Below, piece after piece: positions 54,329 to 63,047 of a stretch of DNA of 64,000 nucleotides. Source of the DNA: an uncultured Acidimicrobiaceae bacterium. Lineage in GTDB: Bacteria > Actinomycetota > Acidimicrobiia > Acidimicrobiales > Bog-793. The notes under the pieces were generated by a model. The model was not told where the DNA came from, searched no databases, and worked only from the letters and a program-made list of their open reading frames with translations. The stretch spans positions 672,659-736,658 of the forward strand of contig CAVXNB010000004.1 in assembly GCA_963763085.1 (NCBI GenBank). Direction: 5' to 3'. The position numbers and the translations under genes were made by a program. Each line of letters begins with the position of its first letter. Within the stretch, counting starts at the first letter, position 1.

Positions 54329-55885
54329 ATGATGACCGCCAGCGCCGCCACCGCCGGCCGATCGAAGAACCTGGTCCTGGCGGCGATGATCTTCGCCGTC
54401 TCGATGACGTTCATCGACCAGACCATCGTGTCCATCGCCGTGCCGCAGATCCAGAGAGAGCTCGGCCTGACCAGCACCGGGGTGCAGTGGGTGGTCAACG
54501 CCTACCTGTTGTCCCTGGCGGCGCTGTTCGCCTTTGGGGGCCGCCTGGCAGACACCGTCGGCCACCGGAAGATGGTTGTGATCGGCGTCATCGTCTTCGC
54601 GGGAGCATCGGCGATGTGCGGGCTCACCCCGAAGGGGAGCGCCGCCGAGGCGTGGATCGTCACGTTCCGAGTCGTCCAGGGTGCTGGCGGGGCCATCATG
54701 TTCCCGGCGGCGCTGGCGATCGTGGTGCAGACGTTCCCGCTGCGGGAGAGGGGAAAGGCACTGGCAGCGTTCTTCGGTATCGCCGGCGGTCTCACCGCCG
54801 TAGGTCCGATCCTGGGCGGCTATCTGACGGAGTGGACCTGGCGAGCCATCTTCTGGGTGAACATACCGGTGGCGATCATCGCCCTGGTGCTGATCGCGAT
54901 CTCGAAACCTGTCACGGACTACCGTCCGGCCCGCATGGACTATCGGGGTCTCGTGCTGATCGCGTCCGGCGTCGGGCTGAGCGTGTTCGGGTTCCAGCAG
55001 TCCGCGATCTGGAGCTGGGGCAACCCGGCAACATGGCTGTGCATCGCCGGAGGAGTCGTGCTGCTGGCGGTGTTCGGGTTCGTGGAGCTGCGGACTCCGG
55101 TTCCTCTCATGCAGGTGAGGATCTTTCGGATCCGTGCGTTCTTCGTGGAAAACCTCGTGCTCGGAATCGCGATGCTCACCTTCATCCCCATCTTCTTCTT
55201 CGCGAGCGAGTACGCGCAGATCGCGTTGGGCAAGACGGCCCAACAGGCGGGTCTCTACCTCCTGTTCTTCTTCATCGGCTTCGTGGTCACGGCGCAGATC
55301 GGCGGGCGCATGCTCGATGCCGGCGGAGCAAAGCGTCCTGTCGTGATCGGTTGCACGCTCGCCGCCGTGGGGTTCTTCCTATGGGCCGGCCAGATCACGA
55401 AGCTCGACTTCGCCTCGCAGCAGTGGTTCATCATCCTCGCCGGCGCCGGCACGGGGTTCATGCTCGGTCCGGCCAGCACCGATGCCGTCAACCGGGCCTC
55501 CAGGCTCTCCTACGGCGAAGCGACCGGTATCACGCAGACCGTCCGGAACTACGCAGCCAGTCTCGGCATTGCGATCCTCGGCACCATCCTGGTGTCGGAG
55601 ATGCGTTCGCGGGTTCTCACGTCCCTGCTGGCCGTCGGCGTGCCGAGCGCACAGGCGCACGCCGAAGCATCGGCCATCTCGGAGTCCCAAGGCGGGGGCA
55701 GGAGCGCCAGTACCATTCCCCACTTCATCCGGCTCGACTTTGCGTACGCCACGCGCACGGTTATCTACGTCATGGCGGGGATCATGGCCGCGGCGGCTGT
55801 CGTGGCGATCGTCGGGCTCAAGCGGGGCCGGCAGGAGGAGCCGAGCGAGGGCAAGGCGAACCCGGTGGCGGAAGCGTCAGCCTGA
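54329..55885 (+). CDS. MFS transporter, DHA2 (14-TM drug:H+ antiporter) family
   Basis: ORF 54245..55885. ATG at 54329 preceded by a GAGAGGA RBS. 14 hydrophobic segments. DHA2 motifs (LDQTIVSIAVPQIQRELGL, GGRLADTVGHRKM). Confidence 0.8.
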   Translation: MMTASAATAGRSKNLVLAAMIFAVSMTFIDQTIVSIAVPQIQRELGLTSTGVQWVVNAYLLSLAALFAFGGRLADTVGHRKMVVIGVIVFAGASAMCGLTPKGSAAEAWIVTFRVVQGAGGAIMFPAALAIVVQTFPLRERGKALAAFFGIAGGLTAVGPILGGYLTEWTWRAIFWVNIPVAIIALVLIAISKPVTDYRPARMDYRGLVLIASGVGLSVFGFQQSAIWSWGNPATWLCIAGGVVLLAVFGFVELRTPVPLMQVRIFRIRAFFVENLVLGIAMLTFIPIFFFASEYAQIALGKTAQQAGLYLLFFFIGFVVTAQIGGRMLDAGGAKRPVVIGCTLAAVGFFLWAGQITKLDFASQQWFIILAGAGTGFMLGPASTDAVNRASRLSYGEATGITQTVRNYAASLGIAILGTILVSEMRSRVLTSLLAVGVPSAQAHAEASAISESQGGGRSASTIPHFIRLDFAYATRTVIYVMAGIMAAAAVVAIVGLKRGRQEEPSEGKANPVAEASA

Positions 55886-55990
55886 GACGGTCCTCCCCCG
55901 CTTGGGGGCCCGCCGTTCGCCTCGCTGACACCCGGGATTGTCGTCGACTTCATGGCAGCGCTTCGGTCCGAGACGAGCGCCAGTCCGCTA

Positions 55991-57385
55991 TCAGCCAGCG
56001 TTCGCTCGCACCCACGCCTGTGCTCCGCTCTGCAATGCCTCCCAGGGACTGCCGAGAGGTGGGGTGTACGACAGGTCCAAATCGCTCATCGCCTCTATCG
56101 TCATCCCGTTGAAGATCGCGGACGCCGCGATGTCGATCCTCTTGGCAACCTCCGCATGACGATGACCGAAGAGCTGGACGCCCAGCAGCCTGCCGGTGTT
56201 CCTGTCGCCCGTGTAGCGCATCCGGATCCGGTGACTATCGGGGTAGTAGGCCTTGTGGTCGTCCGCCTCGAACCCGACAGTCAGCGGGTCGAAGCCGGCA
56301 TTGCGCGCCTCGTGGTCCCGCAAGCCGCTACGCGAAGCGACCATGTCGAAAATCTTCACTACCTGGGTGCCCAGGCTCCCAGCGAACTCGCGGTTGCCGC
56401 CGAGCGCATTTTCACCCGCCACCCGACCTTGCTTGTGGGCGGTCGTGCCGAGCGGAAGGAAGGTGGTACCGAGGAGCCGGTGATAGGTCTCCACACAATC
56501 TCCGGCAGCAAAGACGTCCGCAAGATTGGTCCGCATGTTTCGGTCGACAACGATGGCGCCCTTAATGCCAAGAGTGACCCCGGCGCCGGCCGCGAGATCG
56601 GTATCAGGACGAACGCCCACGACGACGAGAACGAGGTCCGCGAAGCGCTTCATGTCGCCGTCGGAGTTTGAGCGACCTTCGACCAGGATTCCTCCGGGTG
56701 AGCCAGCCGGGGCGCGGCTCATTCTTGTCACGGCGCTGTCGGTGAGAACCTCGACGCCGTGTTCGCGGAGCTCCGCGTGGACGAGTGACCCTAGCTCGGT
56801 GTCGACCGTCGGCAGGACCTCGGAGAGCTGCTCGAACTGGGTCACCGACAGGCCTCGGGCAACCAACGCCTCGGCCATTTCGAGCCCGATGTACCCTGCC
56901 CCGACGATGACCGCCGTCGAAGGCCGGGATTCCTCCAGCGTGCGCACGACTGCGAAGGTGTCACCCATGGAGTGAAGAAGATGAACACCATCAGCAACGC
57001 CGAGCGCGTCGGGTCCGATGAGTCCCTCAATCGGCGGCCGCACTGACACAGCACCGGTGCCGATGACCAGAGAGTCGTAAGCAAGGAGTTGCTCGGTACC
57101 GTTCGAGCCGACAAGCAGCAGTTTGTGATCCTCGGCATCGATGCGGCGAGCCACAGTGTCGAGATACAGGGTCATGCCGGTCGCTTCGAGGTCGGCGATG
57201 CTGCGGTGCGCAAGATTGCGCCAGTGCGTAACCTCACCCGACACGTAGTACGGGATGCCACAGATCGAGAAGTTGGGATACGCGTCGGCGACGACCACGG
57301 TCACCTCGGCCGTCGGATCGACCTCCCGGATGCGAAGGGCGGCACTGATCCCCGCGTCGCTTCCACCAATGGCGACAACATGCAT
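55991..57385 (-). CDS. FAD-dependent pyridine nucleotide-disulfide oxidoreductase (CoA-disulfide reductase / NADH oxidase family)
   Basis: 464 aa. GGSDAG FAD site. Redox-active single Cys in NFSICGIPY. NAD(P)H GxGxxG (VIVGAGYIGLEMAEAL). Confidence 0.75.
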   Translation of the reverse strand: MHVVAIGGSDAGISAALRIREVDPTAEVTVVVADAYPNFSICGIPYYVSGEVTHWRNLAHRSIADLEATGMTLYLDTVARRIDAEDHKLLLVGSNGTEQLLAYDSLVIGTGAVSVRPPIEGLIGPDALGVADGVHLLHSMGDTFAVVRTLEESRPSTAVIVGAGYIGLEMAEALVARGLSVTQFEQLSEVLPTVDTELGSLVHAELREHGVEVLTDSAVTRMSRAPAGSPGGILVEGRSNSDGDMKRFADLVLVVVGVRPDTDLAAGAGVTLGIKGAIVVDRNMRTNLADVFAAGDCVETYHRLLGTTFLPLGTTAHKQGRVAGENALGGNREFAGSLGTQVVKIFDMVASRSGLRDHEARNAGFDPLTVGFEADDHKAYYPDSHRIRMRYTGDRNTGRLLGVQLFGHRHAEVAKRIDIAASAIFNGMTIEAMSDLDLSYTPPLGSPWEALQSGAQAWVRANAG

Positions 57386-57423
57386 TTGTCCTGCTCCTTG
57401 CTCAGGTGAAAGACGGACGGTGC

Positions 57424-58212
57424 CTACGCCTTCGGCGGCTGATCTGTGATTGCCAGAGGCACGTTGTCTCGAGTGCCGATCATCGTCTCGGGATCGTTCG
57501 GGTCGCGGAGATGAGCGAAGATGATGTCGGCGGCTTCGGACTTAGTTACCCCGGGATACAGGAGTCGGATGAGTCCGAAGGCAACCAGACCGCCGACGAG
57601 CTGGGCGCTGATGAAGCTCGGAACAGACGATGGAGCGATCCCAGCAAAGGTGTTCGAGAACATCCGGCCGACTGTGATCGCCGGATTGGCGAAGCTCGTC
57701 GAGCTGGTGAAGAAGTAGGCGGCGCCGATATAGGCGCCGACCGCGGCTGGCGCTAGCCGGGACCGACCCGAGCGGGCCAACGCGAAGATGACCAGTAGCA
57801 GTCCCAATGTGGCGACAACTTCCGACAGCCAGTGCCCACCCGAGGCCCGATGCTTGGTGGAGACCGAGATCGCGGCCTTCGAGAACATCAGGTTGGCGAT
57901 CACAGCCCCTCCGATACAACCCGCCACCTGGGCAGGCACGTAGGCCAAGGCGTCGCGCCAGCGCAGGCCCCCGAAGCCAGCGTCCACGAAGGACACCACC
58001 GGGTTGAAGTGACCGCCGGAGATCGGACCGAACATCAAGATGATCGTGAACAGCCCCGCCGCTGTGGCAGCGGCGTTTTCGAAGAGCTGGAGACCAGTGT
58101 TGCCCGGGGAGAGTTGCTGGGCGGCGATTCCCGACCCGATCACCACCGCGGCGAGGAATGCGCTTCCCAGGGTCTCGGCCACGAGCCGTCGCCAGAGCAC
58201 GACATCGTTCAC
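57424..58212 (-). CDS. aquaporin/aquaglyceroporin (MIP family), probable arsenite channel
   Basis: Two NPA boxes (GGHFNPVVS, FANPAITVG) and 6 TMs inside ORF 57424..58635. The upstream part of that ORF is junk. GTG at 58212 (VNDVVLWRRLVAETLGSAFLAAVV) chosen as start. Sits in the arsenic gene cluster. Confidence 0.7.
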   Translation of the reverse strand: MNDVVLWRRLVAETLGSAFLAAVVIGSGIAAQQLSPGNTGLQLFENAAATAAGLFTIILMFGPISGGHFNPVVSFVDAGFGGLRWRDALAYVPAQVAGCIGGAVIANLMFSKAAISVSTKHRASGGHWLSEVVATLGLLLVIFALARSGRSRLAPAAVGAYIGAAYFFTSSTSFANPAITVGRMFSNTFAGIAPSSVPSFISAQLVGGLVAFGLIRLLYPGVTKSEAADIIFAHLRDPNDPETMIGTRDNVPLAITDQPPKA

Positions 58213-58240
58213 GGGGACGTCCGTCCCACTCCGAAGATCT

Positions 58241-58681
58241 CTAGCAGCACGCGGCGTGGGTGCAGCAGTTGCCGTCGCCGGCGAGGCCGGTCTCCACCGG
58301 CGCATCGGCGAGGACGGTGTAGACCTCCCAAGGAGCTCCATCAGGGTCGGAAACCCATGCTTTGTCCTGGACCGCATAGCAGCAGGTGGTCGACTCCTCG
58401 ACATCGGGATCCAGCCCCTCGCTCGAGAGCCTTCTCGTCGCGGCCCGGACCTGCTCAGGTGTCTCGACCTCGACGCCGAGATGATTGAGCGCTCCGGCCA
58501 CGCCCTCGCCCCGAGCGTCCAGGTTCTCGATGAGCACGAGCTTGAGCGGCGGTTCGGCGATGGCAAAATTGGCGTAGCCAGGGAACCGCTTAGCCGGCTC
58601 GGCTGCGAATAGCTTTGAGTAGAACGCCACGGCACCGTCTAGGTCAGACACGTTGAGAGCGAGCTGGACTCGGGACATCAC
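58241..58681 (-). CDS. ArsI/CadI-family VOC metalloenzyme (vicinal Cys pair)
   Basis: 146 aa. Glyoxalase-fold N-terminus (LALNVSDLDGAVAFYSKLF), vicinal Cys pair (STTCCYAV), C-terminal Cys-rich tail (NCCTHAACC). Divergent from arsR. Confidence 0.6.
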   Translation of the reverse strand: MMSRVQLALNVSDLDGAVAFYSKLFAAEPAKRFPGYANFAIAEPPLKLVLIENLDARGEGVAGALNHLGVEVETPEQVRAATRRLSSEGLDPDVEESTTCCYAVQDKAWVSDPDGAPWEVYTVLADAPVETGLAGDGNCCTHAACC

Positions 58682-58762
58682 TTACCTCCGCTAGTATCGA
58701 CAGCCATCGATGCGTTTATAATGATCGATGTATTCAGAGATGTCAATGGGAGAGGGTGACGC

Positions 58763-59110
58763 ATGGCCAAGCGAGCTGCCGTGATCGAAACCGCGGACAA
58801 CGAGTGCTGCCCTTCGGTCTTCACTGCTCCACTCGACGATGCGAGTGCAGTCGAACTGGCGAAGGGTTTCGCCGCCCTGTCTGACCCGGCCCGCCTCCGA
58901 GTGATCTCGATCCTTGCCGCGGCGGAAAGGGGCGAGGTATGTGTCTGCGACTTCGTCGAGCCCCTCGGCAAGAGTCAACCGACCGTGAGTCACCACCTGA
59001 AGGTTCTCGGAGACGCCGGCCTGGTGGTCGGCGATCGGCGAGGCAAGTGGGTTTGGTACTCCCTCGTGCCAGGTCGCCTCGCAGCCCTGCGATCGGCCCT
59101 GCAGCTCTGA
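58763..59110 (+). CDS. arsR: ArsR/SmtB-family metalloregulator
   Basis: 115 aa. As(III)-binding CVC in the HTH (AAERGEVCVCDFVEPLGKSQPTVSHHLKVL). Confidence 0.8.
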   Translation: MAKRAAVIETADNECCPSVFTAPLDDASAVELAKGFAALSDPARLRVISILAAAERGEVCVCDFVEPLGKSQPTVSHHLKVLGDAGLVVGDRRGKWVWYSLVPGRLAALRSALQL

Positions 59111-59146
59111 TGAAGATCCTGAGATTCAAAGGAGGCTGTGAAAATG

Positions 59147-59921
59147 ACGGGTAACACCGAGCTTCGCGCAGAGGTGCGAAGCCGTTACGCCGAGGCGGCA
59201 AACACGGTGGCCACGGGCGCCGGCGCGGCATCGGATTGCTGTCACCCCGGCACGACCTGCGAGGAGGAAGGCCACACGACCGGACCGGAGTTCTACGGGC
59301 ATCTCAACGAGGAAGGGCTCCCCGAGGCTGCGGTCCTGGCGAGCCTCGGTTGCGGCAACCCAACGGCTGTCGCAGACCTTCATGCTGGTGAGACCGTGCT
59401 CGACCTTGGATCGGGAGGAGGTATCGACGTTCTGCTATCGAGCGCGCCGCGTCGGTCCAACCGGCAAGGTCTACGGGCTAGATATGACTGAGGAGATGCT
59501 CGCGTTGGCGATCAGAAACCGCGACGAAGCCGGAGCGACGAACGTCGAGTTCTTGAAGGGCTACATCGAGGACATCCCGCTCCCGGCTAACACCGTCGAC
59601 GTCGTGATCTCGAACTGCGTTGTCAACCTCTCGACGGACAAGCCTCGGGTGTTCGCCGAGATGCATCGAGTGCTCCGACCGGGCGGCCGCGTGGGCATCA
59701 GCGATGTTGTCGCCGATGCCGAGCTCACCCCCGCAGAGCTGGCCGATCGCGCCACCCGAGTTGGCTGCATCTCAGGTGCGCTGACGTTCCAGGAGTACAA
59801 GGACGGACTTCGTGCAGCTGGGTTCGGCGACGTCAGCATCACGTCGACATCCGAATACCTGCCTGGGATCCACTCGGCGATCGTCAAGGCGTCAAAGGCT
59901 CTGAAAGCGAATGCTCATTAA
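59147..59921 (+). CDS. arsM: arsenite S-adenosylmethionine methyltransferase ArsM, one frameshift
   Basis: N-terminal Cys motifs (ASDCCHPG, LGCGNP) and SAM motif I (VLDLGSGGGIDV) in ORF 59138..59491. Remainder (VGPTGKVYGLDMTEEML...VISNCVVNLSTDKP...LRPGGRVGISD...CISGA) in ORF 59382..59921. Shift near 59440. Confidence 0.7.
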
Positions 59922-59991
59922 ATTCAGCCAGCCTCGGTGAGGTCGCCCTCCTTTGGTAGTCTCCTGCACCGGCGGGGATCGGGGGTCTCAG

Positions 59992-62325
59992 ATGTCGCCT
60001 CTAGGGAAATTAGGCGCCGTGCTCGCCGCGGTCGGCATTGGCGTGCCGGCTCTGCTCGGAGCCTCGCTCGCGACAGCGGGCCCGTCGGGCGCGTCGGGCC
60101 TCTTCCGTTGCGAAACCTGCTCGCCGACGAGCTGTTCCCCTAACGCGCGGTACAGCCCGCGGCGAGCGCTGGAGCCGCCTGCGGGCGCGAAGGCCGTCGC
60201 GACGCCCTCCGACACCGGCGTTCCCGGATCTGACACAGCGGTCATCTACAGCAACTTCCCGACCCAGGACAAGGCGAATATTTCCATCTGGAAGAAGGTC
60301 CTCGTAGGCGAGAACTACAAGGTCACCGAAGACCTCTCAGCCACGACAGGGCAGGGCACCGCAACACTTGCCAACTTCGTCGCGGCCGCAAAGGCCGGAG
60401 TGTTCATAATCTCGACCCATGGAGCCGACCTGCGACAGAACGGCTTCGACGGCCTGCTGGTCAGCGAGTTCCCCACCCAGGCCGCCCTCGATGCTGCCTG
60501 GAACGCGGACGAGAAGCACCCCACCTACAGGAACGGTGTGCTCAAGAAGCTCAACTTCGTTGACAACCACCGCAAGGTGAAGGTCTACAGCCTCTGGATC
60601 ACGAAAAAGGGAGTCCAGAAGCTCTTCGCCGGCAGCTCCGCCCGCCCGGCAGACCAGCTTGTCTTCGATGGAGCCTGCTGGTCCGATCACCTTGCGGCCG
60701 CCTTCGGTGCGACGGCCTATTTCGGATATACGCAGCCGGCCAGCGACGCCGAGGTGTACGGGGACCTTGGCCTGCTCCTCGGCCGTCTCGACGGCACGAA
60801 GGACAACGGCCTCCACCGGGACACCACCGGTGCCTGGGACGCCGGTGGATTCACCAACACCCGGAACAACCAGCTCAGCTACCACGCTCAGCCTGCCACC
60901 AAGAGCGTGGCGCTCTCACCCGGGGTGAGCGACATCAAGTATCCGGACGGCCAGGACGTCGCGCTTCCAGGTGACGCCGGACCTTTCATGGTCGAGTTCA
61001 ACGCCGCCATGGACAAAGGCGTGCGGCCCTCCTCGTTCCTGGCCGTGAAGGGGGCGACGCTGACCTCCATCACCTGGTCGTCCTCTGCGGAGCTGACTCT
61101 CTACCTGAAGAGGCCTGGCTGCACGGACGTATGCCCCGTGACCTTGACGATCGATGCCAAGAAGGCGGTCTCGGCCGGGATATTCCACAACTGGCTCGAC
61201 GGCAACCTCAAACCCGCCGGCGGGCAGCCAGGCGTGTACCCGAACGGCGACAACGAGGAGATCCCCTTTAGCTTCGCGAGCTGGCACCTGCAGGTCGCGC
61301 CGGACCCGAGTCCTAACTGCTCGGGATTGTTCTCGGTCGCGGCCGCTTCCCCGACCGATGTCTGGGCGGTCGGGGCTCAGGGACTCGGCACCTGTGTCCC
61401 CTGGGGAACCTTGACCGAGCACTGGAACGGGAGGGTCTGGACGACAGTGCCGAGCGCATCACCGGCTGGTACCAACGATCACCTGTTCGGCGTCACGGTT
61501 GCCGGCCCGAAGGATTATTGGGCGGTCGGCTTCACTCAGACGAGCGGTGGCGCCGGCCAAGCGCTGATAGAGCACTCGACCGGCTCATCGTGGACCACTG
61601 CGAAGCTGTACTCGCTCGGCTTCTACGCCGAGCTCTGGGCGGCGTCGGCCTCGGGCCCGAAGGACGTCTGGGCGGTGGGCTACGGCGAAACACGGCAATT
61701 CGCTCCCAACGTTCCGATAGTCATGCACTACAACGGGTCCGGCTGGACCGAGACCAGCCCGGTGAGCGGAAACGACGGCGGGTCCACAGAGCTGCTCGGT
61801 GTCGATGCGGTCAGCGGCAAGAATATCTGGGCGGTCGGTTTAACCGTCAACGCCGCGAACACGAAGATAAGAGCGATCATGCTGCACAGCACAGGTGGAG
61901 CCTTTTCCGAGGCGGCTCTCGGGGGCATAACGTCTAGCTCCAGCTATGGTGAGCTCGACTCGATATCTGCGGTATCGCCCACCGACATCTGGGCGGTCGG
62001 CTACGCCAGGAATGGCCCCGTCCCTCTCATCGAGCACTACGACGGGACGAAGTGGATCTCGGTGCCGAGCGGCTTGCCGACGGGGGTCGAGCTCCTTGCG
62101 GTCACGGCGGTAAACGCCAACAGCGCCTGGGCGACCGGACTGTCCTTCACGGGTTCGAGTGGTCAGGTGATCATCCACTGGGACGGTAAGAAGTGGTCCC
62201 GCGTCGTGGCGCCCAACACCAAGTATTCAGTGGCGTTCGGTTTGGCAAGCCTGCACACGGGCTACGCAGTCGGCGTTGGCTCAGTGCTCTCTTCGTCCCC
62301 CTTCATCGAGGCATTCACGCCTTAG
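59992..62325 (+). CDS. secreted beta-propeller repeat protein with degenerate Asp-box/BNR-like [LI]xEHWNGxxW blades (paralogue of the 34755-36837 N-domain)
   Basis: ORF 59953..62325. Signal peptide (MSPLGKLGAVLAAVGIGVPALLGASLATAG). N-terminal 400 aa non-repeat. Then at least 7 repeats (SPTDVWAVG...LTEHWNGRVWTTVPS, ...IEHSTGSSWTT, ...MHYNGSGWTETS, ...IEHYDGTKWISV, ...IIHWDGKKWSRV). Confidence 0.65.
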   Translation: MSPLGKLGAVLAAVGIGVPALLGASLATAGPSGASGLFRCETCSPTSCSPNARYSPRRALEPPAGAKAVATPSDTGVPGSDTAVIYSNFPTQDKANISIWKKVLVGENYKVTEDLSATTGQGTATLANFVAAAKAGVFIISTHGADLRQNGFDGLLVSEFPTQAALDAAWNADEKHPTYRNGVLKKLNFVDNHRKVKVYSLWITKKGVQKLFAGSSARPADQLVFDGACWSDHLAAAFGATAYFGYTQPASDAEVYGDLGLLLGRLDGTKDNGLHRDTTGAWDAGGFTNTRNNQLSYHAQPATKSVALSPGVSDIKYPDGQDVALPGDAGPFMVEFNAAMDKGVRPSSFLAVKGATLTSITWSSSAELTLYLKRPGCTDVCPVTLTIDAKKAVSAGIFHNWLDGNLKPAGGQPGVYPNGDNEEIPFSFASWHLQVAPDPSPNCSGLFSVAAASPTDVWAVGAQGLGTCVPWGTLTEHWNGRVWTTVPSASPAGTNDHLFGVTVAGPKDYWAVGFTQTSGGAGQALIEHSTGSSWTTAKLYSLGFYAELWAASASGPKDVWAVGYGETRQFAPNVPIVMHYNGSGWTETSPVSGNDGGSTELLGVDAVSGKNIWAVGLTVNAANTKIRAIMLHSTGGAFSEAALGGITSSSSYGELDSISAVSPTDIWAVGYARNGPVPLIEHYDGTKWISVPSGLPTGVELLAVTAVNANSAWATGLSFTGSSGQVIIHWDGKKWSRVVAPNTKYSVAFGLASLHTGYAVGVGSVLSSSPFIEAFTP

Positions 62326-62536
62326 ATCACCAAGTAGGAGAATGGACAGTTACCAGCGCGAGATTGCGGAGAACAAAGCGAAAGCGCGATCTGCGTCCCT
62401 CCCGCGCCCAGATCTCTCAGATCCTCCCCGGCAGGCCCCCGTCGCAGTCGCAGCACAGCCTTTCGGCGGTCGAGCAGTGGGTTGGGCTCAACAGTCGTCA
62501 CCTTACCTGGCCAAGCTCGCTGGAGTAGAAGCCAAG

Positions 62537-62609
62537 CTCCGGGGGAGAGACTCGAACTCTCAACCACACGATTAACAGTCGCGTGCTCTGCCGATTGAGC
62601 TACCCCGGA
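62537..62609 (-). tRNA. tRNA-Asn (anticodon GTT)
   Basis: Reverse complement TCCGGGGTAGCTCAATCGGCAGAGCACGCGACTGTTAATCGTGTGGTTGAGAGTTCGAGTCTCTCCCCCGGAG. 7-bp acceptor stem, D and T arms, anticodon loop CTGTTAA. CCA not encoded. Confidence 0.8.
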
Positions 62610-62721
62610 ATTCAGACGCGAAGCCTATCCGGGCTGATGCTCCTCGCTCGACGCGGGCAAACAGCCCTGTCAGGCCAGGTCGCGCTGGCGGAGCCGGGTC
62701 GTCCCGAAGTAAGAAGGGTGG

Positions 62722-63039
62722 ATGCGGTTCAAGACCGGGTTCCTGGTGGGGTGTGCTGCCGGCATCTATTTGACCCAGAAGGCCCGCCACCTCCGCGCCC
62801 CGCTGGCCGGACGCACGTGGGTGGCGGTACCCGCCTCGGGCTCGCGGCCCCCGGGCGGCAGCGGCTCACTTGCCGCCGACCTGACGGCCGAAAAGGTACG
62901 AGCGTTGGGGGACCTGGCCCGGGAGAGAGCCAGCGATCTCCTGCGGGGGCCAATGGGTGACCTCGCCCGGGAGCGAGCCATCGCCCTGTTCGAAGGCGCT
63001 ATCGCCTCCCAGCGTGTGGAGGCGGGCCGCCGGGGCTGA
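62722..63039 (+). CDS. small hypothetical protein (N-terminal TM)
   Basis: 105-aa ORF (MRFKTGFLVGCAAGIYLTQKARHL...). Internal duplicated GDLARERA motif. Low confidence. Confidence 0.3.
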   Translation: MRFKTGFLVGCAAGIYLTQKARHLRAPLAGRTWVAVPASGSRPPGGSGSLAADLTAEKVRALGDLARERASDLLRGPMGDLARERAIALFEGAIASQRVEAGRRG

Positions 63040-63047
63040 GGCTTGCC

